DNA of 64,000 nt from an uncultured Clostridia bacterium (GCA_963556905.1 CAUWAY010000002.1:837-64836); one strand, 5' to 3'. Counted from the stretch's first letter, positions 20,396-30,380 are shown. Notes: generated by a model from the letters alone, not told the origin. Program-made: numbers and translations.

Positions 20396-20424
20396 TTGAC
20401 AACTGTATATAAACAGTATATACT
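20396..20424 (+). promoter_or_regulatory. Promoter of the GntR/ABC operon
   Basis: TTGACA (20396-20401), 17-nt spacer, TATACT (20419-20424). Confidence 0.6.
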
Positions 20425-20435
20425 GTTTATATACA
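20404..20435. promoter_or_regulatory. 32-bp perfect palindrome; probable operator for the adjacent YtrA-like GntR repressor
   Basis: TGTATATAAACAGTAT|ATACTGTTTATATACA is exact and overlaps the spacer and -10 of the promoter. Confidence 0.6.
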
Positions 20436-20456
20436 TAAAAGAAGAGAGGTATAATT

Positions 20457-20831
20457 ATGAATATTATAATAAGCAATTCAAACAATATCCCGCTGTATGA
20501 ACAAGTAAAAGAGCAAATAAAAAACAAGATAATTTCTAATGAATTAAAAGTAGGAGAATTATTACCATCAATAAGAAGTCTAGCAAAAGGCTTAAGAATA
20601 AGTGTAATTACCACTAAAAATGCCTATGAAGAATTAGAAAAAGAAGGATATGTCGAAACTATACCAGGTAAAGGAACATATGTATCTAATAAAAATACAG
20701 AAATTATAAGAGATGAGCAACTACAAAAAATAGAAAATTTAATAGATACAGTTGTATCTATTGCTAAAATAAGTGGAATCACTAAAAAAGAAATAGAAGA
20801 TATGTTAAATATTTTATATGAGGAGGAATAA
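20457..20831 (+). CDS. GntR-family transcriptional regulator, YtrA subfamily (short effector domain)
   Basis: 124 aa with winged HTH LPSIRSLAKGLRISVITTKNAYEELEKEGYVETIPGKGTYV and a short C-terminal helical tail. Confidence 0.85.
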   Translation: MNIIISNSNNIPLYEQVKEQIKNKIISNELKVGELLPSIRSLAKGLRISVITTKNAYEELEKEGYVETIPGKGTYVSNKNTEIIRDEQLQKIENLIDTVVSIAKISGITKKEIEDMLNILYEEE

Positions 20832-20832
20832 A

Positions 20833-21687
20833 ATGGAAAATATAGTAGAAATAAAAAATTTATCAAAAAAATATAATGGATTCCAATTAAAAAATATTAA
20901 TATGGAATTACCAAAAGGAATGATAATGGGGTTGATAGGAGAAAATGGAGCAGGAAAAACAACAACAATAAAATCAATATTAAATATAATAAATTCAGAA
21001 GGTAGTATAAAAATATTTGGAAAAGATATTAAATTAAATGAAAAAGAGGTAAAAGAAGAAATAGGAGTTGTATTAGATGATAGCTTTTTATCTGAATATT
21101 TAACAGCCAAACAAGTAAATTCTATTATGAAAAGTATGTATAAAAATTGGGATGAGCAACTATATTTTAAATATTTAGAAAATTTCAAATTACCTAAAAA
21201 CAAATTAGTAAAAGACTTTTCTAGTGGTATGAAAATGAAATTAAAAGTTACAACAGCATTATCACATCACCCAAAACTTTTAATATTAGATGAACCAACA
21301 AGTGGACTTGACCCAGTAGCAAGAAATGAAATTTTAGATATTTTTCAAGACTTTATCCAAAACGAAGAAAACTCTATACTAGTTTCTAGCCACATAACAT
21401 CAGACTTAGAACATATAGCAGATTACATTACATTCATAAATGATGGAGAAATTGTATTGTCAAAAACAAGAGATGAACTGTTAGAACAATATGGAATCGT
21501 AAAATGCACTAAAGAAGAATTTGAAAAAATAGATAAAAATGATTATGTAAAATTTAAAGAAAATAGATTTGGATACGAAGTTCTAGTAGAAAATAAAACA
21601 AAATTTAAAAGAAAATATGATTTTAATATTATAGATAAACCTACATTAGAAGATATAATGTTAATTTATATAAAGGGGGAAAAATAA
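20833..21687 (+). CDS. ABC transporter ATP-binding protein
   Basis: Walker A GENGAGKTT, signature FSSGMKMK, Walker B LILDEPTSGLD. The start MENIVEIKNL at 20833 follows a GAGGAGG RBS. Confidence 0.88.
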   Translation: MENIVEIKNLSKKYNGFQLKNINMELPKGMIMGLIGENGAGKTTTIKSILNIINSEGSIKIFGKDIKLNEKEVKEEIGVVLDDSFLSEYLTAKQVNSIMKSMYKNWDEQLYFKYLENFKLPKNKLVKDFSSGMKMKLKVTTALSHHPKLLILDEPTSGLDPVARNEILDIFQDFIQNEENSILVSSHITSDLEHIADYITFINDGEIVLSKTRDELLEQYGIVKCTKEEFEKIDKNDYVKFKENRFGYEVLVENKTKFKRKYDFNIIDKPTLEDIMLIYIKGEK

Positions 21688-21689
21688 TT

Positions 21690-22370
21690 ATGAAAGCAAT
21701 AATAGCATTATTAAAGAAAGATTTATATAATTTATCAAGTTACAAAACTTCATTTATTATAATTTTAATATTAGTACCTATATTTTGTATTTCTATTTCA
21801 GATATTCAATTTATAATACCAGCACTAACTATGATGTTTGGAATGATAGCGATTTCAACATTTTCTTATGATGATATGTCTAAAGCAAATAAATTTATAA
21901 ATGCAATGCCAACTACAAAAAAAGAAATAGTAAGAGGGAAATATATATTAGCAATAATGGGAATTTTTTTAGGAGGAATAATAGGGAGTATTGTAACAAT
22001 TATAGTAGGAAATATTATAAATATAGTAAATCCAAGTAGTAATGTAGTGTTAAATTATCAGGAAATTATAATTAATACAATTACTTGGATGCTTGGATTA
22101 TATATAATTCAAAGTATCCAAATACCGTTAATATATAAATATGGATCAGAAAAATCAAGAATAGTTATGATTATGCTAATGATATTTGCAGGAGGATTAA
22201 TTGTATTTGTGCAACCATTAATACCTGCCATATATAATATTATAAATATACAAATACCACAAAAGTTATACACAATTATTATAGGAATTAGTTTAGCCTT
22301 ATTAGCTATTGTTATGTATATTATATCTTTTAAAATATCATACAAAACATATAAAAATAAAGAATTATAG
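21690..22370 (+). CDS. ABC-2 type membrane permease partner
   Basis: 226 aa with about 6 TM helices, located 3 nt after the ATPase gene. Confidence 0.6.
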   Translation: MKAIIALLKKDLYNLSSYKTSFIIILILVPIFCISISDIQFIIPALTMMFGMIAISTFSYDDMSKANKFINAMPTTKKEIVRGKYILAIMGIFLGGIIGSIVTIIVGNIINIVNPSSNVVLNYQEIIINTITWMLGLYIIQSIQIPLIYKYGSEKSRIVMIMLMIFAGGLIVFVQPLIPAIYNIINIQIPQKLYTIIIGISLALLAIVMYIISFKISYKTYKNKEL

Positions 22371-22536
22371 TTATAAATTTGCTAAAGCAATTTATATAGT
22401 AACAGATTAGATTTAAGAACTTGTGATAAATAATACTAATTTTAAAATTATTACAAAAATGTAAGAATAATTTAATATAAAATGATACCAAAAAAATAAA
22501 TTATGATATATAATAAAACAAAAAATGGAGTAAAAT

Positions 22537-23178
22537 ATGAAGAAAAAAGAAATTTTAGAAGAACTAATAGTTATATTTTGGATATTCATAATAGGAAGCA
22601 TATTAGGATACATATTTGAAATGATAGTAGTTTTATTTCAAAAAGGTTTTTTTGAATCAAGACAAGGACTTATATATGGACCATTTACACCAGTATATGG
22701 CATAGGAGGAATGGCCTATTATATAGTATTTAGATTTATAAAAACAAGAAACAAAGGAAAAGTCTTTTTAATATCTATGATATTAGGAGGAGTAACAGAA
22801 TACTTAGCATCATATATACAAGAAAAAGCATTTGGAACTATATCATGGGATTATTCACATTTATTATTTAATATAAATGGAAGAACAAGTCTATTACATT
22901 GCACTTATTGGGGAATTGCGGGAATACTATATATCATATATATAGAACCAAGAATAGAAAAAATAAGAGAAAACATAAACAAAATGAATTTCAAAATATT
23001 AACAAGTACAATATGCATATTCATGATATTTAATATAATAATATCATGCCTTGCAGCAAATAGACAAAGGGAAAGAAGAAATAATATAGAAGCAGAAAAT
23101 AAAATTGACATATTTTTAGACAAATACTATCCAGACGAATATATGGACAAAATATTTGCAAATAAAAGGAACAAATAG
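22537..23178 (+). CDS. Polytopic membrane protein of the putative 'ABC-transporter type IV' (PF06541-like) family
   Basis: ILGYIFEMIVV...RQGLIYGPFTPVYGIGG...GGVTEYLASY...SWDYS pattern typical of that family; 213 aa. Confidence 0.5.
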   Translation: MKKKEILEELIVIFWIFIIGSILGYIFEMIVVLFQKGFFESRQGLIYGPFTPVYGIGGMAYYIVFRFIKTRNKGKVFLISMILGGVTEYLASYIQEKAFGTISWDYSHLLFNINGRTSLLHCTYWGIAGILYIIYIEPRIEKIRENINKMNFKILTSTICIFMIFNIIISCLAANRQRERRNNIEAENKIDIFLDKYYPDEYMDKIFANKRNK

Positions 23179-23187
23179 GTGAAATAA

Positions 23188-23219
23188 TTGACAAAACAGG
23201 CATAATGTTGTATTATAAT
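23188..23219 (+). promoter_or_regulatory. Candidate promoter for ORF 23299-23718
   Basis: TTGACA (23188-23193), 17-nt spacer, then TATTAT/TATAAT (23211-23219). It would give an 80-nt 5' UTR. Confidence 0.45.
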
Positions 23220-23298
23220 AATAGAAAGGGAAAGTCCTTTTTTTGCAGCCAAAAGCCCATAAAAGGTTGTATCACAAAAAAACACAGGAGGAAAAAAC

Positions 23299-23718
23299 AT
23301 GAGCGAGATTGTAGTTGTGATTGCAATGGTAATTCAGTTGATATGTGGAAGTACAACAACTGAAGCAAACATCGGAAACATGCTCCCAATGTTATTACTT
23401 GGTGGTAGTTCCACAAACCTTAATTTGGCTCAGTCAAACTGGGACGAGGTCGACGTAAAGTTTGACCTCGGAAACGGAGGATATGAGAAATATGGTCTTG
23501 GAAAAGGATCAAGTTGCCGTATTCATGGCAACTTAAAGAGAGGTTTATACTTGGACTTTGAGGTCCAAGCAGAAGTATGGGAACGAACAAGAGAAGTAGT
23601 AGAGCCAGTAGAAGGAGTTACTATAACAACTAGACATTATAGTGACAACAATGGGAGCTATGAAATTTCATTTGGACCACTAAAATGGGAAGATGTCATT
23701 GAAGTTTTTAATGGCTGA
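23299..23718 (+). CDS. Hypothetical protein, GC-enriched (about 41%) orphan
   Basis: RBS AGGAGG; 139 aa with a hydrophobic N-terminus; strong 13-bp terminator. Composition differs from the flanking genes. Confidence 0.5.
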   Translation: MSEIVVVIAMVIQLICGSTTTEANIGNMLPMLLLGGSSTNLNLAQSNWDEVDVKFDLGNGGYEKYGLGKGSSCRIHGNLKRGLYLDFEVQAEVWERTREVVEPVEGVTITTRHYSDNNGSYEISFGPLKWEDVIEVFNG

Positions 23719-23722
23719 AACA

Positions 23723-23770
23723 GTCACCACTCATAGAACAAAATTGTTTTATGAGTGGTGACGCTTTATA
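23723..23770 (+). terminator. Terminator after ORF 23299-23718
   Basis: gtcaccactcata / tatgagtggtgac 13-bp perfect stem. Confidence 0.65.
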
Positions 23771-23822
23771 ATATAAAAATTCTTAACATATTATTTTACT
23801 AGAAAGGAGGCAAAACAAAAAA

Positions 23823-24707
23823 ATGCAAGAACAAATTCCAACATTTTTAATACAAATGTTAACAGAACAATATGGAAAAGAAAAAACAAATCAAATAATA
23901 AAAGGATATACTAAGCCAAAGCCAGTAACACTAAGAATAAATACAATAAAAACAACAAAAGAAATAATTAAAAGTAAATTAAAAGAATCAAAAATCGAAT
24001 TTGAAGAAATTACATGGTATAAAGAAGCATTAATTATAAAAAACGTAAAAGAAGAAGAAATAAAAAAGCTTGATATTTATGAAAAAGGAGAAATATATTT
24101 ACAAAGCTTATCATCAATGCTTCCTCCAATTATATTAGAACCACAAGCAGGCGAAAATATTCTCGATATGGCAGCAGCACCAGGAGGAAAAACAACACAA
24201 ATTGCAACAATAACAAACAATAAATCATATATAACAGCATGTGAGAAAAATAAAATAAGAGCAGAAAGACTAAAGTACAATTTACAAAAACAAGGAGTAA
24301 AATCTGTAAATATAATGATAGAAGATGCAAGAAAATTAAGTGACTACTTTTCTTTTGACAAAATACTATTAGATTCACCATGTAGTGGAAGTGGAACAAT
24401 GAATATATTTAACAAAAACTTTAACCAAGAATTAGTAGAAAGGTCAGCAAAAGTACAGGAAGAACTATTACTAAAAGCATTAAAAATTTTAAAACCAGGA
24501 AAGGAAATGATATATTCAACGTGTTCAATTTTAAGAAAAGAAAATGAAGAGATAATAAAAAAAGTTTTAACGAAAATGAAGGCAAAAATACAACCTATAG
24601 AAAAAATTCCAAGTATTCCAACACTAGAAACAACAATAGAAGGAACACTATGTATATGTCCAACAGAACAATATGAGGGATTTTATGTTGCAAAAATATG
24701 CAAATAA
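23823..24707 (+). CDS. RsmB/RsmF-family RNA m5C methyltransferase (NOL1/NOP2/Sun)
   Basis: SAM motif DMAAAPGGKT and catalytic cysteines in DSPCSGSG and YSTCS. Confidence 0.85.
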   Translation: MQEQIPTFLIQMLTEQYGKEKTNQIIKGYTKPKPVTLRINTIKTTKEIIKSKLKESKIEFEEITWYKEALIIKNVKEEEIKKLDIYEKGEIYLQSLSSMLPPIILEPQAGENILDMAAAPGGKTTQIATITNNKSYITACEKNKIRAERLKYNLQKQGVKSVNIMIEDARKLSDYFSFDKILLDSPCSGSGTMNIFNKNFNQELVERSAKVQEELLLKALKILKPGKEMIYSTCSILRKENEEIIKKVLTKMKAKIQPIEKIPSIPTLETTIEGTLCICPTEQYEGFYVAKICK

Positions 24708-24720
24708 AAACAAAAAACTA

Positions 24721-24749
24721 TTGACAAAGCAAATAAAATATATTATAAT
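24721..24749 (+). promoter_or_regulatory. Promoter of infC-rpmI-rplT
   Basis: TTGACA (24721-24726), 17 nt, TATAAT (24744-24749). Confidence 0.65.
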
Positions 24750-24905
24750 ATATGCGTTACAAGAAGAAGTCACAACTTCTCACCTTATCAAAGAAGAAAA
24801 AGGTTAGAAAAAAATATAGTTATTAAATAATAAATATAACTAAATGTGTGTGAATAATTGGCTTGTAACAAAGTCAATTTTTTTGTTTATTAAAATACAT
24901 AAAAT
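24750..24905 (+). ncRNA. Putative L20 (rplT) autoregulatory leader
   Basis: A roughly 170-nt untranslated leader lies ahead of infC. There is a long-range pairing gttacaag (24756-24763) / cttgtaac (24862-24869) and a weak hairpin plus T7 just before the infC RBS. The position matches Firmicute L20 leaders. Not verified by a covariance model. Confidence 0.4.
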
Positions 24906-24932
24906 TGATGATAAAACTAGGAGGTGTTTTAT

Positions 24933-25442
24933 ATAAAACAAGAATTACCAATAAATGGTCAAATAAGAGCCAAAGAAGTAAATCTAATAAATGACAATGG
25001 AGAAAAAGTTGGAATTGTACCATTATCAAAAGCATTAGAACTTGCTGAAGAAAAAAAATTAGACTTAGTATTAGTATCACCAAATTCACAAATGCCAGTA
25101 TGCAAAATAATGAACTATGGGAAATATAAATTTGAGCAAGCAAAAAAAGAAAAAGAAGCAAAGAAAAAACAAAAGGTACAAGAAACCAAAGAAATAAGAA
25201 TAACTCCAAACATAGAAGATCACGACTTTGGTTTCAAAGCAAAAAATGCCAGAAAATTTCTAGAAGATGGAAACAAAGTAAAAATTACTGTAAGATTTAG
25301 AGGAAGAGAACTAAACAATGTAAAAATGGGAGAAGAAGTATTAACCCAATTCATAAAAAACTTAGAAGACATAGCAGTAGTAGAAAAAAATCCAAAACTA
25401 GAAGGAAAAAACATGTTTATTATATTAGCTAAAAAAGCTTAA
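24933..25442 (+). CDS. infC: Translation initiation factor IF-3, probable ATA start
   Basis: IKQELPINGQIRAKEVNLI... is a typical IF-3 sequence. The AGGAGG at 24919-24924 overlaps the GTG given in the ORF track. The in-frame ATA at 24933 sits 8 nt downstream, consistent with the known non-AUG autoregulated infC start. Confidence 0.85.
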   Translation: MKQELPINGQIRAKEVNLINDNGEKVGIVPLSKALELAEEKKLDLVLVSPNSQMPVCKIMNYGKYKFEQAKKEKEAKKKQKVQETKEIRITPNIEDHDFGFKAKNARKFLEDGNKVKITVRFRGRELNNVKMGEEVLTQFIKNLEDIAVVEKNPKLEGKNMFIILAKKA

Positions 25443-25505
25443 GAGATAAAAATAACTCAAAAAGCTTAAAAATATAAAACAAACAATATCGAAAGGAGAA
25501 ATACC

Positions 25506-25709
25506 ATGCCAAAGTTAAAAACAAATAAAGCTGCAAAGAAAAGATATTCTTTAACAGCAACAGGAAAAGTAAAAAGAACAACAGCTAATAGAAGACACTT
25601 ATTAGCAAATAAAACAAAAAGACAAAAGTTATCAAGCAGACGCCCAGGAGCATATGCAGATAAAACATGTGAAAACACAATAAAAAAATTATTACCATAT
25701 GGTAACTAA
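25506..25709 (+). CDS. rpmI: 50S ribosomal protein L35
   Basis: [13 protein letters not shown]... 67 aa, basic, between infC and rplT. Confidence 0.9.
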   Translation: MPKLKTNKAAKKRYSLTATGKVKRTTANRRHLLANKTKRQKLSSRRPGAYADKTCENTIKKLLPYGN

Positions 25710-25733
25710 TAAAAAATTAGGGAGGTAAAATAA

Positions 25734-26084
25734 ATGGCAAGAGTAAAATCAGCAATGACAACAAGAGCAAGACATAAAAAAGTATTAAAACAAGCAAAAG
25801 GATATTATGGAGCAAAACATTACAGATTCAGAAATGCCAACCAAGCAGTATTAAAATCATTATCATACTCATATGTTGGAAGAAAAGATAGAAAAAGCAA
25901 TTTTAGAAAATTATGGATAGCAAGAATAAATGCTGCATCAAGAATGAATGGACTAACATATAGCAAATTAATTTCAGGATTAAAAAAAGCTAATGTAACA
26001 ATAAATAGAAAAATGCTATCAGAAATAGCCATAAGTGATCCAAAAGCATTCACAGAAATTGCAGAAATAGCAAAAAAAGCATAG
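25734..26084 (+). CDS. rplT: 50S ribosomal protein L20
   Basis: [26 protein letters not shown]... is a canonical L20 N-terminus. Confidence 0.95.
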   Translation: MARVKSAMTTRARHKKVLKQAKGYYGAKHYRFRNANQAVLKSLSYSYVGRKDRKSNFRKLWIARINAASRMNGLTYSKLISGLKKANVTINRKMLSEIAISDPKAFTEIAEIAKKA

Positions 26085-26198
26085 AAAAAAAGAAAGAAGG
26101 ATCTTTATTTTGAAAATAATTCAAAAAAAGGTCTCTTTTTGCATTTTTTATAAAAATAATACATAAGGAGGCAAGTTAGGAAACTAACAATAAAAGAG

Positions 26199-26792
26199 AT
26201 GAACATAGGAATAGATATAGACGGAGTTCTAACAGATTTAGAAAGAGCAACTATAGATTATGCAACAAAAATGAGTGTAGAAGAAAACTGGCCAATAGAT
26301 ATAAATGTCAGTGAATACTGGGAAGTAAAAACATTTAACTGGACAGAAAAACAAGCAAACAAATTTTGGAATAAATACTTAGTTCCATATGTAAAAGAAA
26401 GTAAATCAAGAGCATTTGCACCAGAGATAATAGAAAAATTAAAAAAAGAACAAAACAAAGTATATATCATAACAGCAAGAGACGAATCAGGAATGCCACC
26501 AGAACATTATGGGGAAATGCAAGAATTAACAAAGCAATGGTTAAAAAAACAGAACATACAATACGACAAATTAATATTTGCAAAAAATGAAGAAAAATTA
26601 CAACAATGTTTAGAAAATAGTATAGATGTAATGATAGAAGACTGCCCTAGTAACATACAATATATATCAAAAAAAATCAAAGTTATAAAATTTGATTGTC
26701 AATACAATAAAAAAGAACTAGGAGAAAATATAATTACAGGTTATAGTTGGTATCATATTTACAATATAATAAATCAATTGAAAAATAAATAA
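26199..26792 (+). CDS. HAD-superfamily 5'(3')-deoxyribonucleotidase-like protein
   Basis: DIDGV nucleophile motif at the N-terminus (IGIDIDGVLTD), with ITAR and a later ED motif; 197 aa. Confidence 0.5.
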   Translation: MNIGIDIDGVLTDLERATIDYATKMSVEENWPIDINVSEYWEVKTFNWTEKQANKFWNKYLVPYVKESKSRAFAPEIIEKLKKEQNKVYIITARDESGMPPEHYGEMQELTKQWLKKQNIQYDKLIFAKNEEKLQQCLENSIDVMIEDCPSNIQYISKKIKVIKFDCQYNKKELGENIITGYSWYHIYNIINQLKNK

Positions 26793-26813
26793 AATAAGAA
26801 AGGGAGAACTGAA

Positions 26814-28313
26814 ATGGCCAAAATATTAGAAGATGTATCAAGAACATTTAATGAATTTTTATTATTACCAAATTTAACAGACGAAAGATGTATACCATCA
26901 AATGTATCATTAAAAACGCCACTTGTAAAATTCAAAAAAGGAGAAGAACCTAAATACTATGCAAATGTACCAATGGTATCTGCAATAATGCAATCAGTAT
27001 CAGGAGAAAAAATGGGAATAGCATTAGCAAGAGAAGGCGGAGTAGCATTTATATATGGCTCACAATCAATAGAATCACAAGCTGAAATGGTACAACATGT
27101 AAAAAAACATAAAGCGGGATTTGTAGTAAGTGACTCAAATGTAAAAAGTGATACAACATTGAGAGATGTATTAGAACTAGTAAAAAGAACAGGACATTCA
27201 ACAGTAATGATAACAGAAGATGGAACAGCAAATGGAAAATTCCTAGGCTTAGTAACAGATAAAGATTACAGAATTTCAAGAGATGATTTAGATGCACCAA
27301 TATCAAAATATATGACACCAAAAGAAAGAGTAATTTGGGCAGAAAAAGGAATATCACTTATAGAAGCAAATGATATAATATGGGAACACAAAAAAGAATG
27401 TTTACCAATATTGACAAAAGAAGGAAATTTAAAATATTTAGTATTTAGAAAAGATTATGAAGAAAGAAAACACAACCCAAATTCATTATTAGATGAAAAC
27501 AAGAGATATATTGTAGGCGCAGGAGTAAATACGAGAGACTATGAGGAAAGAATACCAGCATTAGTAGAAGCAGGAGTAGACATGGTATGTATTGATTCAT
27601 CAGATGGATATTCAGTATGGCAAAAAAACACAATACAATTTGTAAGAGAGAAATATGGAGATAATCTAAAAATTGGAGCAGGAAACGTTGTTGATGCTGA
27701 AGGATTTAGATACTTAGCAGAAGCAGGAGCAGACTTCATAAAAGTAGGTGTAGGTGGAGGCTCTATATGTATAACAAGAGAAACAAAAGGAATAGGTAGG
27801 GGACAAGCAAGTGCTCTAATAGATGTAGTAGAAGCTCGTAATAAATATTTTGAAGAAACAGGAATATATATTCCAATTTGCTCAGATGGAGGAATAGTAC
27901 ATGACCACCATATAACAATTGCATTAGCGCTAGGAGCAGACTTTGTAATGATGGGACGTTACTTTGCAAGATTTGATGAAAGCCCAACAAGAATAGTAAG
28001 AATTAATAACAATTTTGTAAAAGAATATTGGGGAGAAGGCTCAAACAGAGCTAGAAATTGGCAAAGATATGACATGGGAGGAGCACAAAAACTTTCTTTT
28101 GAAGAAGGAGTTGATTCATATATTCCATATGCAGGTTCATTAAAAGACAATTTAGGAATCACAGTTGCAAAAATAAAATCTACAATGTGTAACTGCGGTG
28201 CAATTACAATACCAGAACTACATGAAAAAGCAAGATTAACATTAGTATCTAATGTTAGTATAGCAGAAGGTAGTGCACATGATGTAATTTTAAAAGAAGT
28301 TGAAAAAAAATAA
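26814..28313 (+). CDS. IMP dehydrogenase family protein with CBS pair
   Basis: TIM-barrel motifs [29 protein letters not shown] (catalytic Cys loop) and SDGGI. A CBS region is inserted after about residue 95. The Cys loop differs slightly from canonical GuaB. Confidence 0.75.
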   Translation: MAKILEDVSRTFNEFLLLPNLTDERCIPSNVSLKTPLVKFKKGEEPKYYANVPMVSAIMQSVSGEKMGIALAREGGVAFIYGSQSIESQAEMVQHVKKHKAGFVVSDSNVKSDTTLRDVLELVKRTGHSTVMITEDGTANGKFLGLVTDKDYRISRDDLDAPISKYMTPKERVIWAEKGISLIEANDIIWEHKKECLPILTKEGNLKYLVFRKDYEERKHNPNSLLDENKRYIVGAGVNTRDYEERIPALVEAGVDMVCIDSSDGYSVWQKNTIQFVREKYGDNLKIGAGNVVDAEGFRYLAEAGADFIKVGVGGGSICITRETKGIGRGQASALIDVVEARNKYFEETGIYIPICSDGGIVHDHHITIALALGADFVMMGRYFARFDESPTRIVRINNNFVKEYWGEGSNRARNWQRYDMGGAQKLSFEEGVDSYIPYAGSLKDNLGITVAKIKSTMCNCGAITIPELHEKARLTLVSNVSIAEGSAHDVILKEVEKK

Positions 28314-28364
28314 AAAACTTAAAAAGCAAATTTCCTTTGCAAAGCAAAAGAGATTTGCTTTTAA

Positions 28365-28751
28365 CTATTCTTTTTTCATTTTTGGTTTAGAAATCAAAGA
28401 TGCAATGTAACCAAAAAAGATAGCAGCAGCGATTCCGCCAGCAGAAGCAGTAATTCCACCAGTAAATGCACCAATAATACCTGATTCTTTAACACCTTTT
28501 ATAGCACCTTTAGCTAAATTGTAACCAAAACCGGTTAAGGGAACAGTTGCACCGCTGCCTGCAAAATCAACAATATATTGATAAACACCTAAACCACCTA
28601 GAATAGCACCAGTGGTAACGAAAATAACTAAAATCCTGGCAGGAGTAAGTTTTGTCTTGTCTATTAAAATCTGACCAATTACACAAATTGCCCCACCAGT
28701 GCAAAAACACCTAAGTAATTGTAGCCAATCAATACTTTGCAAAAAATCCAT
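28365..28751 (-). CDS. spoVAE: Stage V sporulation protein AE (SpoVAEb type)
   Basis: TGGAICVIGQIL...TPARILV...GSGATVPLTGFG pattern; 128 aa; immediately downstream of spoVAD. Confidence 0.85.
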   Translation of the reverse strand: MDFLQSIDWLQLLRCFCTGGAICVIGQILIDKTKLTPARILVIFVTTGAILGGLGVYQYIVDFAGSGATVPLTGFGYNLAKGAIKGVKESGIIGAFTGGITASAGGIAAAIFFGYIASLISKPKMKKE

Positions 28752-28762
28752 ACAAACACCTC

Positions 28763-29765
28763 CTACATTTCAATACTAATTGCATGTGCTATACTAGGAA
28801 TAGATTCTCCTTGTTGAGAAGAAGTAGAGTTCATGAGAGCACCAGTAGCAATTAATAACAATCTTTTGATTTTTTTATCTTTAAATTCTTTGAAGAAATA
28901 TCCTGAAAATACAGTTGCACAACAACCGCAACCACTGCCTCCAGCATGAGTATCCTGTTTTTGTCTATCAAATATTAAAACTCCACAATCATTGTAATTG
29001 GATTTTATATTATAACCTTTATTTTGGGCAAGATCAATAAGAATATCTTTCCCAACATATCCTAAGTCTCCTGTAATAATTGCATCATAATAAGATGGAG
29101 AACGACCAGTGTCTTTAAAATGACATATTAATGTATCTAATGCTGCTGGAGCCATAGCGGCTCCCATATTATTGGCATCCTTTATACCCATATCTACAAT
29201 TTTTCCACTTGTAATATGTGTAATAAAAGGGCCTTCTCCGTTTTTTTGATAAAACAGCAGCGCCAGCTCCTGTTACAGTCCACTGAGATGTTGGAGGACG
29301 TTGATTTCCAAGCTCTAACGGAAATCTAAATTGCTTTTCAGCACTACAAAAATGACTAGATGCAGCACACAAAACATGTTGACAACAACCATCAATCATA
29401 ATAGCACCAAGACTAAGTCCCTCAACAAAAGTTGAACAAGCTCCAAATATTCCTAAAAAAGGAATATTAAGTTCTCTAAGACCAAAACTAGAAGAAATAC
29501 ATTGATTCAATAAATCACCTGCAAAACAATATTCTATATTACTTGAAGCAATACCAGATTTTGAAATAGCCATATTTACAGTTTCTTTAATTATTTTACT
29601 TTCTGACTTTTCCCATGTCTTTTCACCCCAAAATTCATCATCCAAACATTGGTCAAAATATTTTGAAAGAGGACCGTTAGCCTCTTTAGGACCGACAATT
29701 GAAGCAACATTTGTTATACAAGGTGAAGTGTCAAACTTTATTGTTTGTTTTCCAAGTTTTTGCAT
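28763..29765 (-). CDS. spoVAD: Stage V sporulation protein AD, reading frame interrupted (+1) at 29238-29240
   Basis: The N-part MQKLGKQTIKF...GACSTFVEGL...QWTVTGAGAAVLSKK and the C-part GEGPFITHITSGKIVDMGIKDANNMGAAMAPAA...GCGCCA...SIAHAISIE together make a full-length thiolase-fold SpoVAD. They are split by one extra base next to an A7 run. Confidence 0.85.
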
Positions 29766-29811
29766 AAAATTCATTCCTTTCATGTTATGCTTAAATTAAG
29801 CATTTTTGATT

Positions 29812-30276
29812 TTAAACTAATGTAATAGTTTGAGTATTAAAAATTAAATATACAAGCCCTATTAGAATAGAGGTGGAAATACCGAAAACAAGCACAGGAC
29901 CAGCAACTGTAAACATTTTGCCACCAACTCCCATAACATATCCTTCAGACTTATATTCCATGGCAGGGGAAACAATGGAATTTGCAAAACCAGTAATAGG
30001 AACTAAAGAACCAGCACCAGCAAATTTACCAATTTTGTTAAAAATGTTTAGACCAGTCAAAAATGCGCTAATAGCAATTAATATTATAGAAACAATTGTA
30101 CCAGAAAGATCTTGAGAAAGACCTCGCAACTTACATATATTAGAAATTATTTGTCCTATAGAACAAATAAGTCCACCAACCCAAAAAGCATTGAAACAAT
30201 TTTTTAAAATAGGAGAATTTGGAGATTTTTTTCCAACATACTCTTGATAATCTTTTTTTGAATCTAATGGTTTCAT
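29812..30276 (-). CDS. spoVAC: Stage V sporulation protein AC
   Basis: FWVGGLICSIGQ...GAGSLVPITGFANS...GGKMFTVAGPV is typical SpoVAC; 154 aa. Confidence 0.88.
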   Translation of the reverse strand: MKPLDSKKDYQEYVGKKSPNSPILKNCFNAFWVGGLICSIGQIISNICKLRGLSQDLSGTIVSIILIAISAFLTGLNIFNKIGKFAGAGSLVPITGFANSIVSPAMEYKSEGYVMGVGGKMFTVAGPVLVFGISTSILIGLVYLIFNTQTITLV

Positions 30277-30342
30277 AAATACCTCCTAAATTTTTATGTA
30301 GGAAAATTTAATATAATTGAATTTTTCCGTACAACTTAAAAA

Positions 30343-30371
30343 TAATGTTTCCTAAAAATAAAAAAATATAC
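30343..30371 (-). promoter_or_regulatory. Candidate forespore (sigma-F/G-like) promoter for spoVA
   Basis: The minus strand reads GTATA - 14 nt - GGAAACATTA about 70 nt upstream of spoVAC. This is only a loose match to sigma-F/G consensus. Confidence 0.3.
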
Positions 30372-30380
30372 ATTAAAAGT

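Noticed and set aside
20276-20614. ORFs 20276-20500 (+) and 20384-20614 (-) between the IS and the GntR gene
   Set aside because: They run across the IS terminal repeat, the promoter and the 32-bp operator palindrome. They have no RBS and are most likely non-coding.
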